Assembly (NCBI RefSeq): GCF_001194135.2
Contig: NC_068982.1
Coordinates: forward strand, 37,083,127 to 37,147,126
Source of the DNA: Octopus bimaculoides
Taxonomy: Eukaryota
Direction of reading: 5' to 3'
DNA length: 64,000 nt
Shown here in pieces: positions 41,101 to 53,486 of the stretch; position 1 is the first letter of the stretch, and every line of letters starts with the position of its first letter. A program made the translations under genes and the position numbers. The notes under the pieces were generated by a model. That model was given only the letters and a program-made list of their open reading frames with translations, had not been told where the DNA came from and searched no databases.

Positions 41101-41949
41101 CACTACTTCTGCTAGGTATTTAAAAGTTATCTTAACAGCTTATCTAATTATTGCAGTATCTCGTACTTTTTCAGTTGAACTAAGTATTACTTTCATATAC
41201 TTTCATATCCATCTATTTCATCTAACATTTATTTAAGTTTCTGTAGATTAAGACCAATCTGTTACTTGCCATACAGTTTTGATCAACTGTATTTCTTATA
41301 AATTTATTTAGCAAACTTGTCAAGTCTAAAATGTTGAATGAACTAAGTGACTTCACTAACAAGGACTCCACAAGAGTTTTCATTTCTTAATTTTTTTTCT
41401 TTTTCATGTTTCCCGTATTCTTTTATTATTTGGTATAATAAGAAAATATCTATACTAAAAGTATATTTCATTTTAAAGCTTTTAACTATCATTGTAACAA
41501 TGAATCTGTCTTGTCATACATAAAATTAAGATCATAATTATTCTTTGGTAGAGCCACCAATAATTAACTATATAGCTGTTACTTTAATTCTTACCTTTTG
41601 GTACAAGGCATGTGATATCAGGATAAATAGTTACTCGAGCAATTGTGTTTCCTTTCTTTTCAGTGTGCCAATTAAATATTTGATTTTTTTCCCCCTCTTT
41701 TGATGATTACTTGAAAACTATAATCAACTATTATCCAATTGTATATGAGTCCAAATTTGGTTTGGGGATTTCCTAACACAGATAACCTTGTTACAACTAA
41801 ACTCCCAAATTCTGTTGAATCATTTGCAATTACTACATTCTATTTTAATTGAACTGACAAAAAAAGAATAAATTATGCAACAAAATGTGCTAGAAAATTT
41901 AGTGACAATAAATTTGTATGTAGCTGGAATTTTGGAGAAAATCCTTTTA

Positions 41950-42800
41950 AGCAGGATATTTACACATGATCTGGTTTTGTTCTCCTACAACAACACCCTA
42001 CTTAGCATCACTGTTAATTATGCCCACTCCTACACTCATGACACAGCTCTTCTTTCTTCATTAACCTTCTGCTCCCTAGTATCTCTCACATGCAGCCTAC
42101 TCAAGTCACACCAGTGGTTTCCATGAATGGAATTATGCCTACTCTTACACACATGGCATGACTCTTCTTTCCTCATTAACCTTCTCCCTAATATCTCCCA
42201 TATGCAACCTAGTCATGTCACACCATGGTTTCCATGAATAGATATTTTGAAAATATCCAATTTAGTCAGCCAACGCCATCTTCTTCAACAGTGCAAAATA
42301 CAATCACTACACAAGTAAAATTATCATAGACCTCATTGTAAATGGAAATCTCTCTTAGCAAAGACTACTTTGCAAAGACTGTCTTTCCTTGTCGGAACCA
42401 GAAACTATTTCAGCCCTCAACAGCTACCAATCCTCAACAAAGCTCATGTGACTATTGCCTCCTATATCTGAAATAGTGCTGTTACTACAAACTCAGAGTG
42501 TATTCAAAGAAAAGTCACTCAACTTATTGGTGTTGAGCTACAAACACTAGAACGTCTGACCCACAGAAATGATAGCTCCTCTAGCTTGCTTTTCTACTGC
42601 TACTACAATGGCCTCTCTCCTTGAGCTGGCTGGTCTCATGTCATCCACATTGTATCCACCTTCCACCCCTAGGTACTGCATGAACCATTATTTCCCATCT
42701 TTTCTTCATTAAGTCAGCACACTTGAATTCCTTCTCTGCATATTTTTCCTACAGTCTCCAACTTGCAAATATCCAAGAGGAACATTAGCTGCATCAATGT
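41950..42800 (+). mobile_element. Decayed L2/CR1-type LINE remnant with internal tandem duplication
   Basis: RNYFSPQQLPILNKAHV and CIQRKVTQLIG...LFYCYYNGLSP at 42390-42625; ~115-bp tandem units at 42016-42128 and 42131-42239. Confidence 0.65.
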
Positions 42801-43587
42801 CATCAATCTCATAGGGCCTACAAAACCCATTGACAAAGCTCCTTCTCTCAGCCAATCCACTAGCATATTCAAAAATAATAATTTACATCTTAAACTTTTT
42901 TTTGTTATTTGAATGCACAACACCTATGCTTTTTAAAGGCTGGAATCTCATAAATCAACTGTAACCTCTTAGAAAATGTGTTATTTATCGCCTCCCTAAC
43001 TTAGAAATAATTATTATTTCAAGTAAGCATTGTTATTATTAAATAAACAACTTACAAAAATGTTTCTATTAGTTTGTTATATATTTCATCTGTTATCAAA
43101 TAAATATATCAGCTTCTTGTAATTTATTGTTTTTTAAGTTGGCTTTATGGTACACATTTGTAAACGTAAACCTCACCCCTATTTTCTTAGTAGTCAGTTT
43201 ATATTTCTGAAACTTAATTCAATAACTAATTAAATTGTCAGGCAAACATTATAAATAATAAAATGATTTTCAAATTACAATTTAAACATCCAGCAGCATT
43301 TACTTCAGTTTTAATACTCTTGCGCAGTCTATGGTCTAATTAAGACCAATCTAACAATTTAAAGTTCATCAATGAAACTTTAGTCCCATGAGAGATTTTA
43401 TTTTTGTTTTTGTTTTATTTTATTACTGTAAGAAGATTTTGTTAAATTCCTATCTTAGCTACCAAATTAGATTAATCCGGGAATGAATATGCACATGTGT
43501 GTGCATGAATAGTGTGTTTGAGCATAAGTATTTGGTTTATAAATGTATGTCTTTATGTATACATAACAGAATGAGTGCAAGAAACAT

Positions 43588-43633
<46 letters not shown>
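43588..43633. repeat. (GT)/(GA)n microsatellite
   Basis: Seen directly. Confidence 0.9.
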
Positions 43634-43635
<2 letters not shown>

Positions 43636-44051
43636 CTAGCAAGAAAAGAGTACTGTGTAAAATATGCATATTCTTGTCTATTTTTTGCTTTTAGTCTTTA
43701 AACAATATATCTATATACTTTCCAAAAGCTGGAAAATAACATTGAGATGATTTTTTTTTTCTATTTGGAATTGCATCGTTTAATTATTGTTGTTTTCCCC
43801 TCTTCCATAAAGCAGGTGAAAACTGTTTTAATTTGTTTTCCACAACACTAATAATGTTATGGATCATCAATATTATCACTTGCCATTTTCTGGTATTGCT
43901 TCTCTTATCACTTGCTATTTCTACACAACTCAATAGTTAATTGTTGTAAAATGTTTGCTGTATTTACATTTTATACCTTACTTTAAAATAACTTCCTTGT
44001 AATGATAATTTCTGCCCTCCTTCACTGTGCTCTATCTTTCTCTCACATTAT

Positions 44052-44054
<3 letters not shown>

Positions 44055-44093
<39 letters not shown>

Positions 44094-44517
44094 TCTCTCT
44101 ACTGTTGTCAGCTGCTAGAAGTTGTAAAAACATGAGTCTATGTAAGATGGTGAATGATGAAGAAAGTTCTGAAGGTGTGTTGTTCAGCTGTTTGTGTGCA
44201 GTATCAGGTATCTGGATGGTGGCAGGAAGAGTTTAGTAACAGTTGCAGTTTTCTTTGAAGGAGGGCCCACTCAAAAAGAAAGAGAGAGAGAGAGTGGTGC
44301 TGGCACACTACTAGCTTTCGTTGAAGTTTGGGGAAAGTTGGGTAATACAGTTGGTGGGTGGGGGTTAGCTTGCTACTTATGTCATTATCAGCTTTCTACT
44401 ATATACTTCTCCAACCAAAGATCTACCTCTGTCTGCAATAGTCATGTGTAGCTGTCAACATGGCGTTGTGTTTTACCTGCTGTAAGATATGTCCAACCAT
44501 CTAAACAGATGGTACGT
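44055..44517 (+). promoter_or_regulatory. Candidate internal promoter / 5' UTR region
   Basis: (CT)n tract 44055-44100, CAGCTG E-boxes near 44110 and 44185, no recognisable transposon, and two donor-like sites (CT|GTAAGA at 44482, TG|GTACGT at 44512), each preceded by a short ATG ORF. Confidence 0.3.
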
Positions 44518-45469
44518 TATGGAAATTATTATGGATTATGGAGTAATTGTCCATTTCAATAGCCTTGCTGCATCTCATCATCCTTGTCTGCTATTATACA
44601 CAATGAAAATGCTTATTTTAAACAGTTTCTTAAAAATAATGTGAATGTATGACAGCAACTCAAAAGTATTTCTAAGTTTTGCTTGTCCACTGTTTATATT
44701 ATTGTCATCACTTTGTACATTTCTTGCTAAAGCTTTGCTTTCTATTTGAAGAAAAACATTCACCTTAAAACAGTACATTGTGCTATCATCAGTGACACTT
44801 TTGATCTGCTAAAGTTTTTTTTAAAAATATAAACCAAACTTTTTCTCATGGATCTACTGTATGTCATTTCAGCACAAGCACAAAGTTTATTCATCTAATG
44901 AAGATAACTAAGAGAGTCAAGAATTCCTTTGGATATATACATGCTTTGAGAAATCTATTCTTTCGTATATCACCTGTCATCATTTAACTCTAAGAACTTT
45001 CGGGATCTTTTTCAAAGAGGATAATTCTTTGAAAATATTTTCGTCACTTAAAAAGTTATCTTCTCGCTGCATTTAAAATGGAACATCATTCTGATTGCTT
45101 TAATTGTAGAAAACCTTCCATTTTAATTAAGATTTACTCAATTTGTTTTTGTTTTTGAATAGCCAGTTACTATTGTCAGACAGTATCTTTGGTTCAGCGT
45201 CCATATGTTATTGAGGTTACCTTTTTTACTTGTTGCTACAGTCCAGTGATTTTTTCTGTTTCGAAAGAAGAATTTGACCATACAATATGTTTTCCACAAG
45301 ATGCTGCTGTATTTTCTTTGCACATTTGAATGGAACCAGCAAACTCTGTTGGATTAACTTTCCACAACCATCATACCAACTTCCTTACTCAACAAGTTTG
45401 AAAACTTAAAACTTTTGGATGTTCCCAATTATTGAAACTTCTGCAGCAGTGTTAGTGTTCCTCTCTGTC

Positions 45470-45580
45470 ATGGCTGATGATTTGGTGACACTGGTGGCAG
45501 CCCTCACTGTCCTCATATCCCTAGCCATCCTCTGCTTCATTGCTGCAGCACTTGTTTTTGGCATGTGGCTACTGAAAAAC
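45470..45580 (+). CDS. Candidate alternative first coding exon encoding a transmembrane signal-anchor (MADDLVTLVAALTVLISLAILCFIAAALVFGMWLLKN); upstream in-frame ATG at 45419
   Basis: gtcATGG start context; 111 nt (37 codons); donor AAC|GTAAAT at 45581 in phase 0, matching the phase-0 acceptor at 62323. The segment is GC-elevated, drops sharply to AT-rich sequence after the donor, and has no recognisable transposon similarity. Confidence 0.55.
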
Positions 45581-46859
45581 GTAAATAATTCTTCACTATC
45601 ATTTCTTTTAAAATATTTCATAAGTTTAATTGCTATTCTCTAAAGGAAAGAGCATAAATTGTATTAATTTTTTTTTTTTAACTAAATTTAAAAGAGTTTT
45701 ATATTTACTTATAATTATCAAATAGCTAATGTTTAATGGTCATTATAATTTACTTCTTACAGAATATATAATTTCTTAAAGCAAAAGATTGGAATTCTCC
45801 TGTTACTGTAACAATTAGTTTTGAATTTCTAAAATCAAAATATTAAGCTTTTATGATTACTTTAATTGTTTTGTTTCCCTAACTAAATTTACTACTTAAT
45901 TTTAACTTGATTCAGATATTATTAAAATATATATTTCCTGTTTCTTTCTTATTGAAATTATCTATTTTCAAAAGTAACATTCTAATTTCCAATATTTTCT
46001 CAAATTTTTACATTTTTCATAACTTTGTTTATTCTTCTGATTTCACCAAACTTCATCAAGAAAACAATAGGAAAATGTTTTGAAATGGTGAAATGCATTT
46101 GTTTTATTTAGTTTTTAAATATTAAATTATTTTGTTAAATGGGAAATTATGAATCTACTTCCTTTCTTTGATATTGTAGCTATTACATTGTTAATAATGC
46201 AAGCTGAAAGTTAATTTTAAGAGTAATATTCCTAGAAATAAATTTATTTCTATATACAAACAGAGATTTTCTTTCATCTGTTGTCTCATTTATTATATGA
46301 ACACACATAAAACACATACATACACACTTATTACCTAAATATACAATTATAGATGTGTGTTATAAATATGTGTTTGAACATATATTACTGTAAAATAATA
46401 TTCATTGTCTGTTTCTCTTCCAAATCCTACCTGTTATACAAAGTTGTTAAATTGTCATTAAAATTTAAATGCTTAAATCAGAACTATTTATCTCTGTTTT
46501 TACCATTTGTTATCTTAAGATATAAATTAAGTGCTAAAAACAATATTCTAAAGTATTGATATAAGGAATGAGTTAGAATGGTGAGTGTGTGTATGTGCAC
46601 ATGCATGTGTGTGTTTATATAATGTTGTAAACACACATATAAAGTATACCCAGCCTACTCAGCTAGTATTGTTAATTAATATGGTGTATTCTTTGTCATA
46701 GGGTTATACATACAATATATTCAGATGATCCAAATAGAATTAATAATTTTACTTTCAGATTATATCATCATATTGTTTTCCTTCATGTAGATAAAAACAA
46801 CTTGTCAGTGGATCATCAGTTGAAGTTACAATAAATTTTCCCTTTCTTTATTAGTGATA

Positions 46860-47170
46860 TCCCATGTAGGTGCCACATAAAAAAGCATCCATGCTGGTAC
46901 CACATAAGCACCTGTACTTTTTACAAGGCACCACATAAAAAGCATCCATGCTGGCACCATGTAAAAAGCTCCCATGCTGGTGCCTCATGAAAAGCACCTA
47001 GTACACTCTGTAGAGTGGTTGGCATTAGGAAGGGTATCTCACCATAGAAATCATGCCAAAACAGACGAGTGGAGCCTGGTGCAGCTCTCCAGTCCAGCCT
47101 GCCAACTCCTGTCAAACCATCTGACCTGTGTGAACATGGAAAAGAGACATTAGATAATGGTGATGATAAT
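46860..47170 (+). mobile_element. SINE/RTE-tail copy with several short internal repeats
   Basis: Repeated ggtgccacataaaaaagcatccatgct units followed by the family tail. Confidence 0.7.
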
Positions 47171-47329
47171 ACAAACAATTCAGAATACACACCAAGAGCT
47201 GACTTTATCATTCATCCTACTAGACTCAATAAAACATTTAAAATAATGAGAATGAGTTTATTGCATACAGTGCTCAGAAAACAGCAGTAAGCCAAGTAAA
47301 GAAAAAGAGCAATTACATCCAAAAGTGCA

Positions 47330-47530
47330 TGCATTAGCATGCAGGATATTAAAGCGTAAAGTAAAGGGAACAGTAAAAGAGCTATATAAAGGTTCACAGG
47401 CACATCAGGAGTAGTGTTGGCAAATTTTGGAAAGCACGGAACTTTTAAGGAATGCAGTGTCCTGACAGTTAAGTAATGAGGGTTGTTCCATGCTTTGATA
47501 GTTCTGTAATTATGAGCATGAAAAACTTCA
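47330..47530 (-). mobile_element. L2/CR1-type LINE 3' end remnant
   Basis: aggaatgcagtgtcctgacagttaag...gttccatgctttgatagttct is the antisense of the F..RT...WN.L terminal motif. Confidence 0.4.
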
Positions 47531-48435
47531 CAATATATTGTTGTTGTTTACCTTTTACATTACAATCAGAATCTTACAGTGAAATCATGATACATACAAG
47601 TCACTCTTAATTTCTTTGCAGCTTTCCAGTTAGTTAACTTTGATTCGTAATATTTATGCTATGTATGCTGAAAGTGTTTTCTCCTTTACAATAACATTTG
47701 GTCGCTGCTTATTTCATCGGCATGATCCATATAATGTTTATTGTTTGTAGGGTATAAATTGTATGTTTTTTAGCATAAATGATGAGCCTGAACATATGCT
47801 TGCACAAACATGAATACAAAATGCACATTTCAAAATGTTTAATATTTTCAATGTTTTTTTCTTTTTTCACGTTTGTTCAACTGAAACTCCATTTTGTTGA
47901 AGCAAATGAAATTTGTTCTCATGAACACTTAGAATATTTTGATCCCTCAGTCAGCTTCAACATTATATAAATTCTTCATTATTGGTTGTTTCTGTTATTT
48001 CTGTTCATCGTTTTCCTTGGGCCTGTATACTCAGAGATGAAACTTGAAATTAAATTTTCAAAATTTGTTTCACTTTCATCACTTTTACTAGGTGGGTCAT
48101 TTCATCTTCTATATTTGTGCATCATGATTTTACATGTATTTTTTTTTCTATTTTTGCATGGCTTATTTAAAATCAGTGATATATTTTTCATCTGTCAAAC
48201 AGCGTAAATTAAGACATTTTCTGTTGTTACCAGTAGAATGTATGTAGAAAGGAAATAGTAGGTCTCAAAAAAATGCTAAAGGTTGATAATTAAAATTAGT
48301 GATCAACCAGAAGAAATGAAAGCTAGGACTGGCTTTCTAAAGTGAAAATTATTACCACCAATTTCAGACAGAAAAGAGAAACAGGGTTACTGACAGTCTT
48401 TAAATCATGTATCTATAGCTTACTAGATGACCACA

Positions 48436-48803
48436 TTATTACCTCCACCTTAGCGAAGGCAGAGCTATTGTTTTCAGTCATGTTTGTTTGTTTGTCCGTG
48501 GACAAGATATCTCAAGAACCGCTGGATAGATTCAGATGAAACTTTCAGGGATGTTTGGCCTTGTGGCTGGCACGAACTGATTAGATTTTGGGATCAATCT
48601 GGTACTGGACAAGGATTCTGGATTATTTTTCCGTTTTTTTTTTTTTTTACTTAATTTTTGAGAGTGGTCAGGTTCAATTTTAGTATTCTCGTTTTTGAAT
48701 GCAGTCGAGTTTATTTCAGATATTCTCATTTTAAAAATCATCTCTGGCTAATTGTTGAGACGAATTTGGTGTTGCCTTGGCAGAGGTTTGTGCTCTCTGA
48801 GTG
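48436..48803 (+). mobile_element. Non-autonomous Helentron-associated (HINE/DINE-1-like) element
   Basis: 5' ttattacctccacc...gaaggc, (GTTT)n tract, gatgaaacttt core and 3' ggcagaggtttgtgctctctgagtg with sub-terminal inverted repeats; matches the recalled family layout. Confidence 0.55.
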
Positions 48804-49059
48804 ATGTAAATACTCTGTGGTGTAATTGGTTATGAGGTAACTTGGCAAGTACTGCTACATGGTTCAAACACCAATAGTGGGCCAGTTTTACTTTTCTTTC
48901 TCAAATGTATTCCTATTTTTTACATTAAACTCTAAATAGTTAATTTCAGGATTGACTCTAGAGTGTTGGGAAAGAAGAAAGGAGACAGTAGAAACAAGAC
49001 TTAAAGCGTTTTATCCAATGTTTACCCTTTCACTTATAAATTAGCTTTTATCATCATCG

Positions 49060-49210
49060 TCGTTGTCATTTAACATCTTTTTTTTCCATGCTGGCATGGG
49101 TTAGATGATTTAGCAGGGGCTGGCTTAGCAGAAGACTGCACCAGGTTTCACTGTCTGTTTTGGCAGAGTGTTTACAGCTGGATGCCCTTCCTAACAGCAA
49201 CCACCATACG
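49060..49210 (-). mobile_element. Degenerate SINE/RTE-tail copy
   Basis: ttccatgctggcatgggttagatg...gctggatgcccttcctaacagcaacc. Confidence 0.6.
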
Positions 49211-52000
49211 GTTTTAACTATATTAATATAGAAATAACTCTTTTGTTATCTCTTCAATGTTTTATTTAGATCAAGCTGAAACAATGTGTATCAAACAAAA
49301 ATTAATATTTTAATGTAGGACCCATCAGAAGCAGTTTAATGACTCTCGTGATCATTTAAGGAATTAAGTAATCAATAAACATGAAATCATGTTAATTATC
49401 TTAAATTTCTTATATAATTGAATTAATAATTGGCATGAAAATACTCTGACTTTTTAATAGTAATTAAAATGTTGCTAGTTTTTTGGGGTTTTTTTTACAT
49501 ATACACACACACACATGAACACTTTGTTGTTTTATCTTCTACTGTTGGAAATGCTATGAATGCACTACCTCAGGATTTCTTAGTGGTTAATTCCCTTCCG
49601 TCCTTGTCTCTAATTCATGCGGTCAGAATAAAAGTAATATTTTTGGTATGATATGTTGTTGATTATCATTACCACTATCATCGTCATCTTCATCATCATC
49701 ATCATCAAACAAAGCCCACCTGCTATCTATCATATGTTAAATATTTGGCAAAGAAACAAGATTGAAGCTATTACAGAAAATTATTCTGATTCGTCTTTAC
49801 CTCATATTTTGTATTTATATTGCCAGTAGTGAGTTGTGGTAGTTTGGTGGTACTTCATTATCACTCTATTGTTAAAAAGTTAAAATAGTTTTTCTTTATA
49901 ACAACCAGCATATTTAGAATCTTTCTTACATTTTATCAATCTGTTTCCATTTGGGTGCTGCTGTTCATTTGCAGTTATGAGGCTGTTAAGGGTTATGCCT
50001 TGCACTAACTGCTCACTTACAAAGCTCTCTGTCTACTCTTTACAAAGCTAATTATTTGTTGATGTGTCATCAGTATTAAGTTTGTTGTCGAGGAGGGTGG
50101 TATATGTGTGTTCTAATGTTGATTTTGTATTACTGTAATACGTCCTATTTAAGCAAAGCTTACAATGCTTACTTGTAAAACTTGTGTAGAATATATCTTT
50201 TTAACTCTCAAAATTATTTTTACCTATTATTTCTGTGTGTGTGTGTGTTTAAGAGCAAAATATAGGGAGGGACTATTGAAGAAAAAGATTTTCATTTCTA
50301 TAGTCTTGTATAATAGCATTCTGTAATATCAAAATACTGTCTTGAAGTTAAAAGTGAAAATAGCTGAATTGTGCTTAATGAGAAGATTGTTCGAAGTAGG
50401 AAAGGAATATTTCTTTTAGTAGACAAGGGCTACTCAGTACTGGAGTGTAGATAAGACATGATAAAAAAGAAACAATTAAAAACTTGTATATATTGAGCTA
50501 AATTGTAGTACACTCATCATTTGCGTAATTTGATTTGTTTCATATATTTTTTAAATAAAGAGTTAGGATCATTAATTTAAAAAATTATTTCAGCATAAAA
50601 GACTGGATATTGCTGTGAAAATATTAATTTAATGCAATTTGTATTTCATTGTATGATTTGATTGAAATCAAACAAACGAAAAAGAGTTATACTTTATAGC
50701 AATATAACAAAGAAAATTTGCATCTATAACTTATAGGTGGTATTACTAAATTAAACCCTTTTATGCTATGAATATGTGCAAATTCCATTTCCTTTATAGA
50801 TTAAGTTAAATGTTAATTTGTTTGACTTCATTTGTAAATTAGAGACCATTTAGAGACTAATAAACACAACCTCTTATGAATAAATTAACATTATTTTTAA
50901 TATTTTAAACTTGTGTTTTGTTATATAACTTTTAAAAAATGTATTTCAAGCAAATGTTTTGTTTGTATTGTTGGAATAAACAACCTTCTGTACATGAGCT
51001 TCCAAAACAAAATGATATGAAGAGCCCCATCTTGTTAAGTGAATCAATTGAAAGTAGCAGATGGAATAAAAGTATTTTGCACTACATGAAAAGCAACTGA
51101 TACTGTGTCAGTGAGGCAGAATCTCCACCCATAACAAATATCTCCTTTGAGATAGTTTCATGTATATATAAATTTCCTTCAGGTTAATAGTGGGTATTTA
51201 CACAGTGTATCATACACTACTTCATTCAAGATTTTCTTGATTTTAGATTGTTATTTTTTTGAAATAGACAATATGTCTTTGATATTTTTATGAACTGAGA
51301 GAGAAAATGGATCAGTTTAACTTTTATATAAAAATTTTAAATAGTTAATTATCCTAAACTAATTAGTTAAGAAATAGAAATTTATTGGGATCCAGCTTTC
51401 AGCCTGTGAAAGTTTGAAGCTATTCTATATATAAATTTTTTTTTTTTTTTCAATACTCTTGCTATCAAATTAAAAATTAACAATTTGATGTGTTTTATTT
51501 AAAAACAAGGAAGACTTTAGTTATATTACTTCACTGAAATAAATAAGTTAGCACATCAAAAACCTGAAAAATGTAAACAGCATAAAAACCCTCCTGTTTT
51601 CTGTGGTAATAAAAACGCAGAGTAAAAAGGCTTAATTGGGTTTGCAGCATAAATTCTTGTCACTCTTTTGTTTTAGAAACCCAAATCTAAACATGGAATG
51701 TTTAATCATGGTTGTGCAGTTTTTGAATGCATTTTTATCCAGTACTTATGTGAAGCTGTAAATACCAAATATATCTTAGACTTAGTTGTGGCTGCTAAGC
51801 AATGTGCCCCTTTACACATATTAGAATGCTGTTTTAGATTAACAGTTCTTCCAATATTCATAAATTCCATTTTTGATTTGGTTGAGTGATTGTAACTGAC
51901 ATTAAAATGCTTAATGTTATACAAAACAAACTGACATCAACATATTACAAATGAAAGTTTATATGGAAATTTGATCACACTTGTTAAAAGACAGTTATGA

Positions 52001-52190
52001 TTAGCAGGACATTGCTGGAGAAATAAGCAGGAAGTTATACATAAGCTACTATTATGGCAACCAATTAATGGGAGATATAGTAGAGGAAGACCTGCTTGCT
52101 TAAACATTCATCGATCAACTCTCAGGCAATACAGACCTCAGTAAGGAATAATTGCCATGAGCAGTGGAAAACCATGAATTGTGTAAAGTC
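52001..52190 (+). mobile_element. RTE-clade LINE C-terminal remnant
   Basis: LAGHCWRNKQEVIHKLLLWQPINGRYSRGRPA, then after a frameshift TFIDQLSGNTDL; typical of the RTE ORF C-terminus. Confidence 0.7.
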
Positions 52191-53333
52191 TTTATCAGTT
52201 CAACTGTGGTAGCAGTGATGAACTGTGACCTCTCTTTGCTGTTCTGTTAGTGCTTTGCTTCTTAAACAACAGTTACAAGAATGCCCTCTTGTTAATGAAT
52301 GATAGAATTCCATGCTATCATGTTTGTTGAAGCAGACTCCTTATCCAGTAAACATACTTCCATTTATGGATCATTAAAAGATAAATTTAATGCCTTTGAT
52401 GTAATGTCATATTGAAAGTAGAAGTTGTAAATAATTGAGTGACATTCCACTCCATATTTATTTTGTTTACAAGAATAACTCTTGATAAAGTGTAGTCACT
52501 AAATGACACTACTACATTAGAGGTATAGTCTCAGTCTCATTAAAATGTTTTAGAGATTAAACTTTCTTTTTGTTACATACGTGCTTCATTTGGTGTACAA
52601 ACCTCAAAAAAATCATATGATAATAATCTCAATGTTTGAAAATTTGTTTTGTGTTACTCAGAATTTGATATGGTAGAAAAAGGTATTTTTTAGGTAAAAA
52701 ATTTTATTTCCAGCAATATTGAGTTTCATTTTCTTTGGATCAATGACACTGCCACCTTCAGTAATGTGTAAAGAATTACTGGTTTTTGGTGCACTGTTAT
52801 GAAAGTGCACTTGAAAAAATATATTATTTGTCATGTGATGTTGGTATATGTTACAAGCATTTGGCAAGTGCATAGTCCTTCTGAACATTTCAAACTCTTA
52901 AATCATTATGTATTAGTAAATGCAGAAAAGTGATATTTGGCCCATGTTTCATCACCAACCTGATCATCATCATTATCACTACCACCACTACGTTCAGTGT
53001 TACATTTTAGCCTGTGAGACATAATTTGTGAATATTCATTCTTATGAGACTTCTTGGATATGGTTGATGTTTTGTTCAAGTAGTTGAGGTAGGCTTCCTA
53101 ATATATCCAAAAATTTGAGTATTCTACTCAAAATGCAATTATTCATGTCAGCATACTTTGATGAAACCTTCCCAATCAGCAGTTGTTATAGATCTTGAAA
53201 TAATTTCATTTTTAATAAAGATCTCTATAATAATTCCTAAATAATGAGGTCTAGTAGTGCCTGAATGATTAAAGATGTCTTAATGTCTAAGAGATTCCTC
53301 AAACTTCCTTAACATATCTAATTAATACTTGAA

Positions 53334-53395
<62 letters not shown>

Positions 53396-53428
53396 AGTTC
53401 TATATTTAAGAGATGAGGAATTATTTAC

Positions 53429-53486
53429 ATTATTTACATTATTTACATTTGTCGGATATCCGACAAATGTAAATAATGTAAATAAT
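53429..53486. repeat. 58-bp perfect palindrome between (AAT)n tracts
   Basis: Centred on gtcggaTAtccgac (53451-53464) with 29-bp arms of ttatttaca units; (AAT)n at 53334-53393 and 53481-53509. Confidence 0.9.

Noticed and set aside
45406-45621. Minus-strand 71-aa ORF
   Set aside because: Most simply the antisense shadow of the hydrophobic plus-strand ORF; no minus-strand gene context seen.
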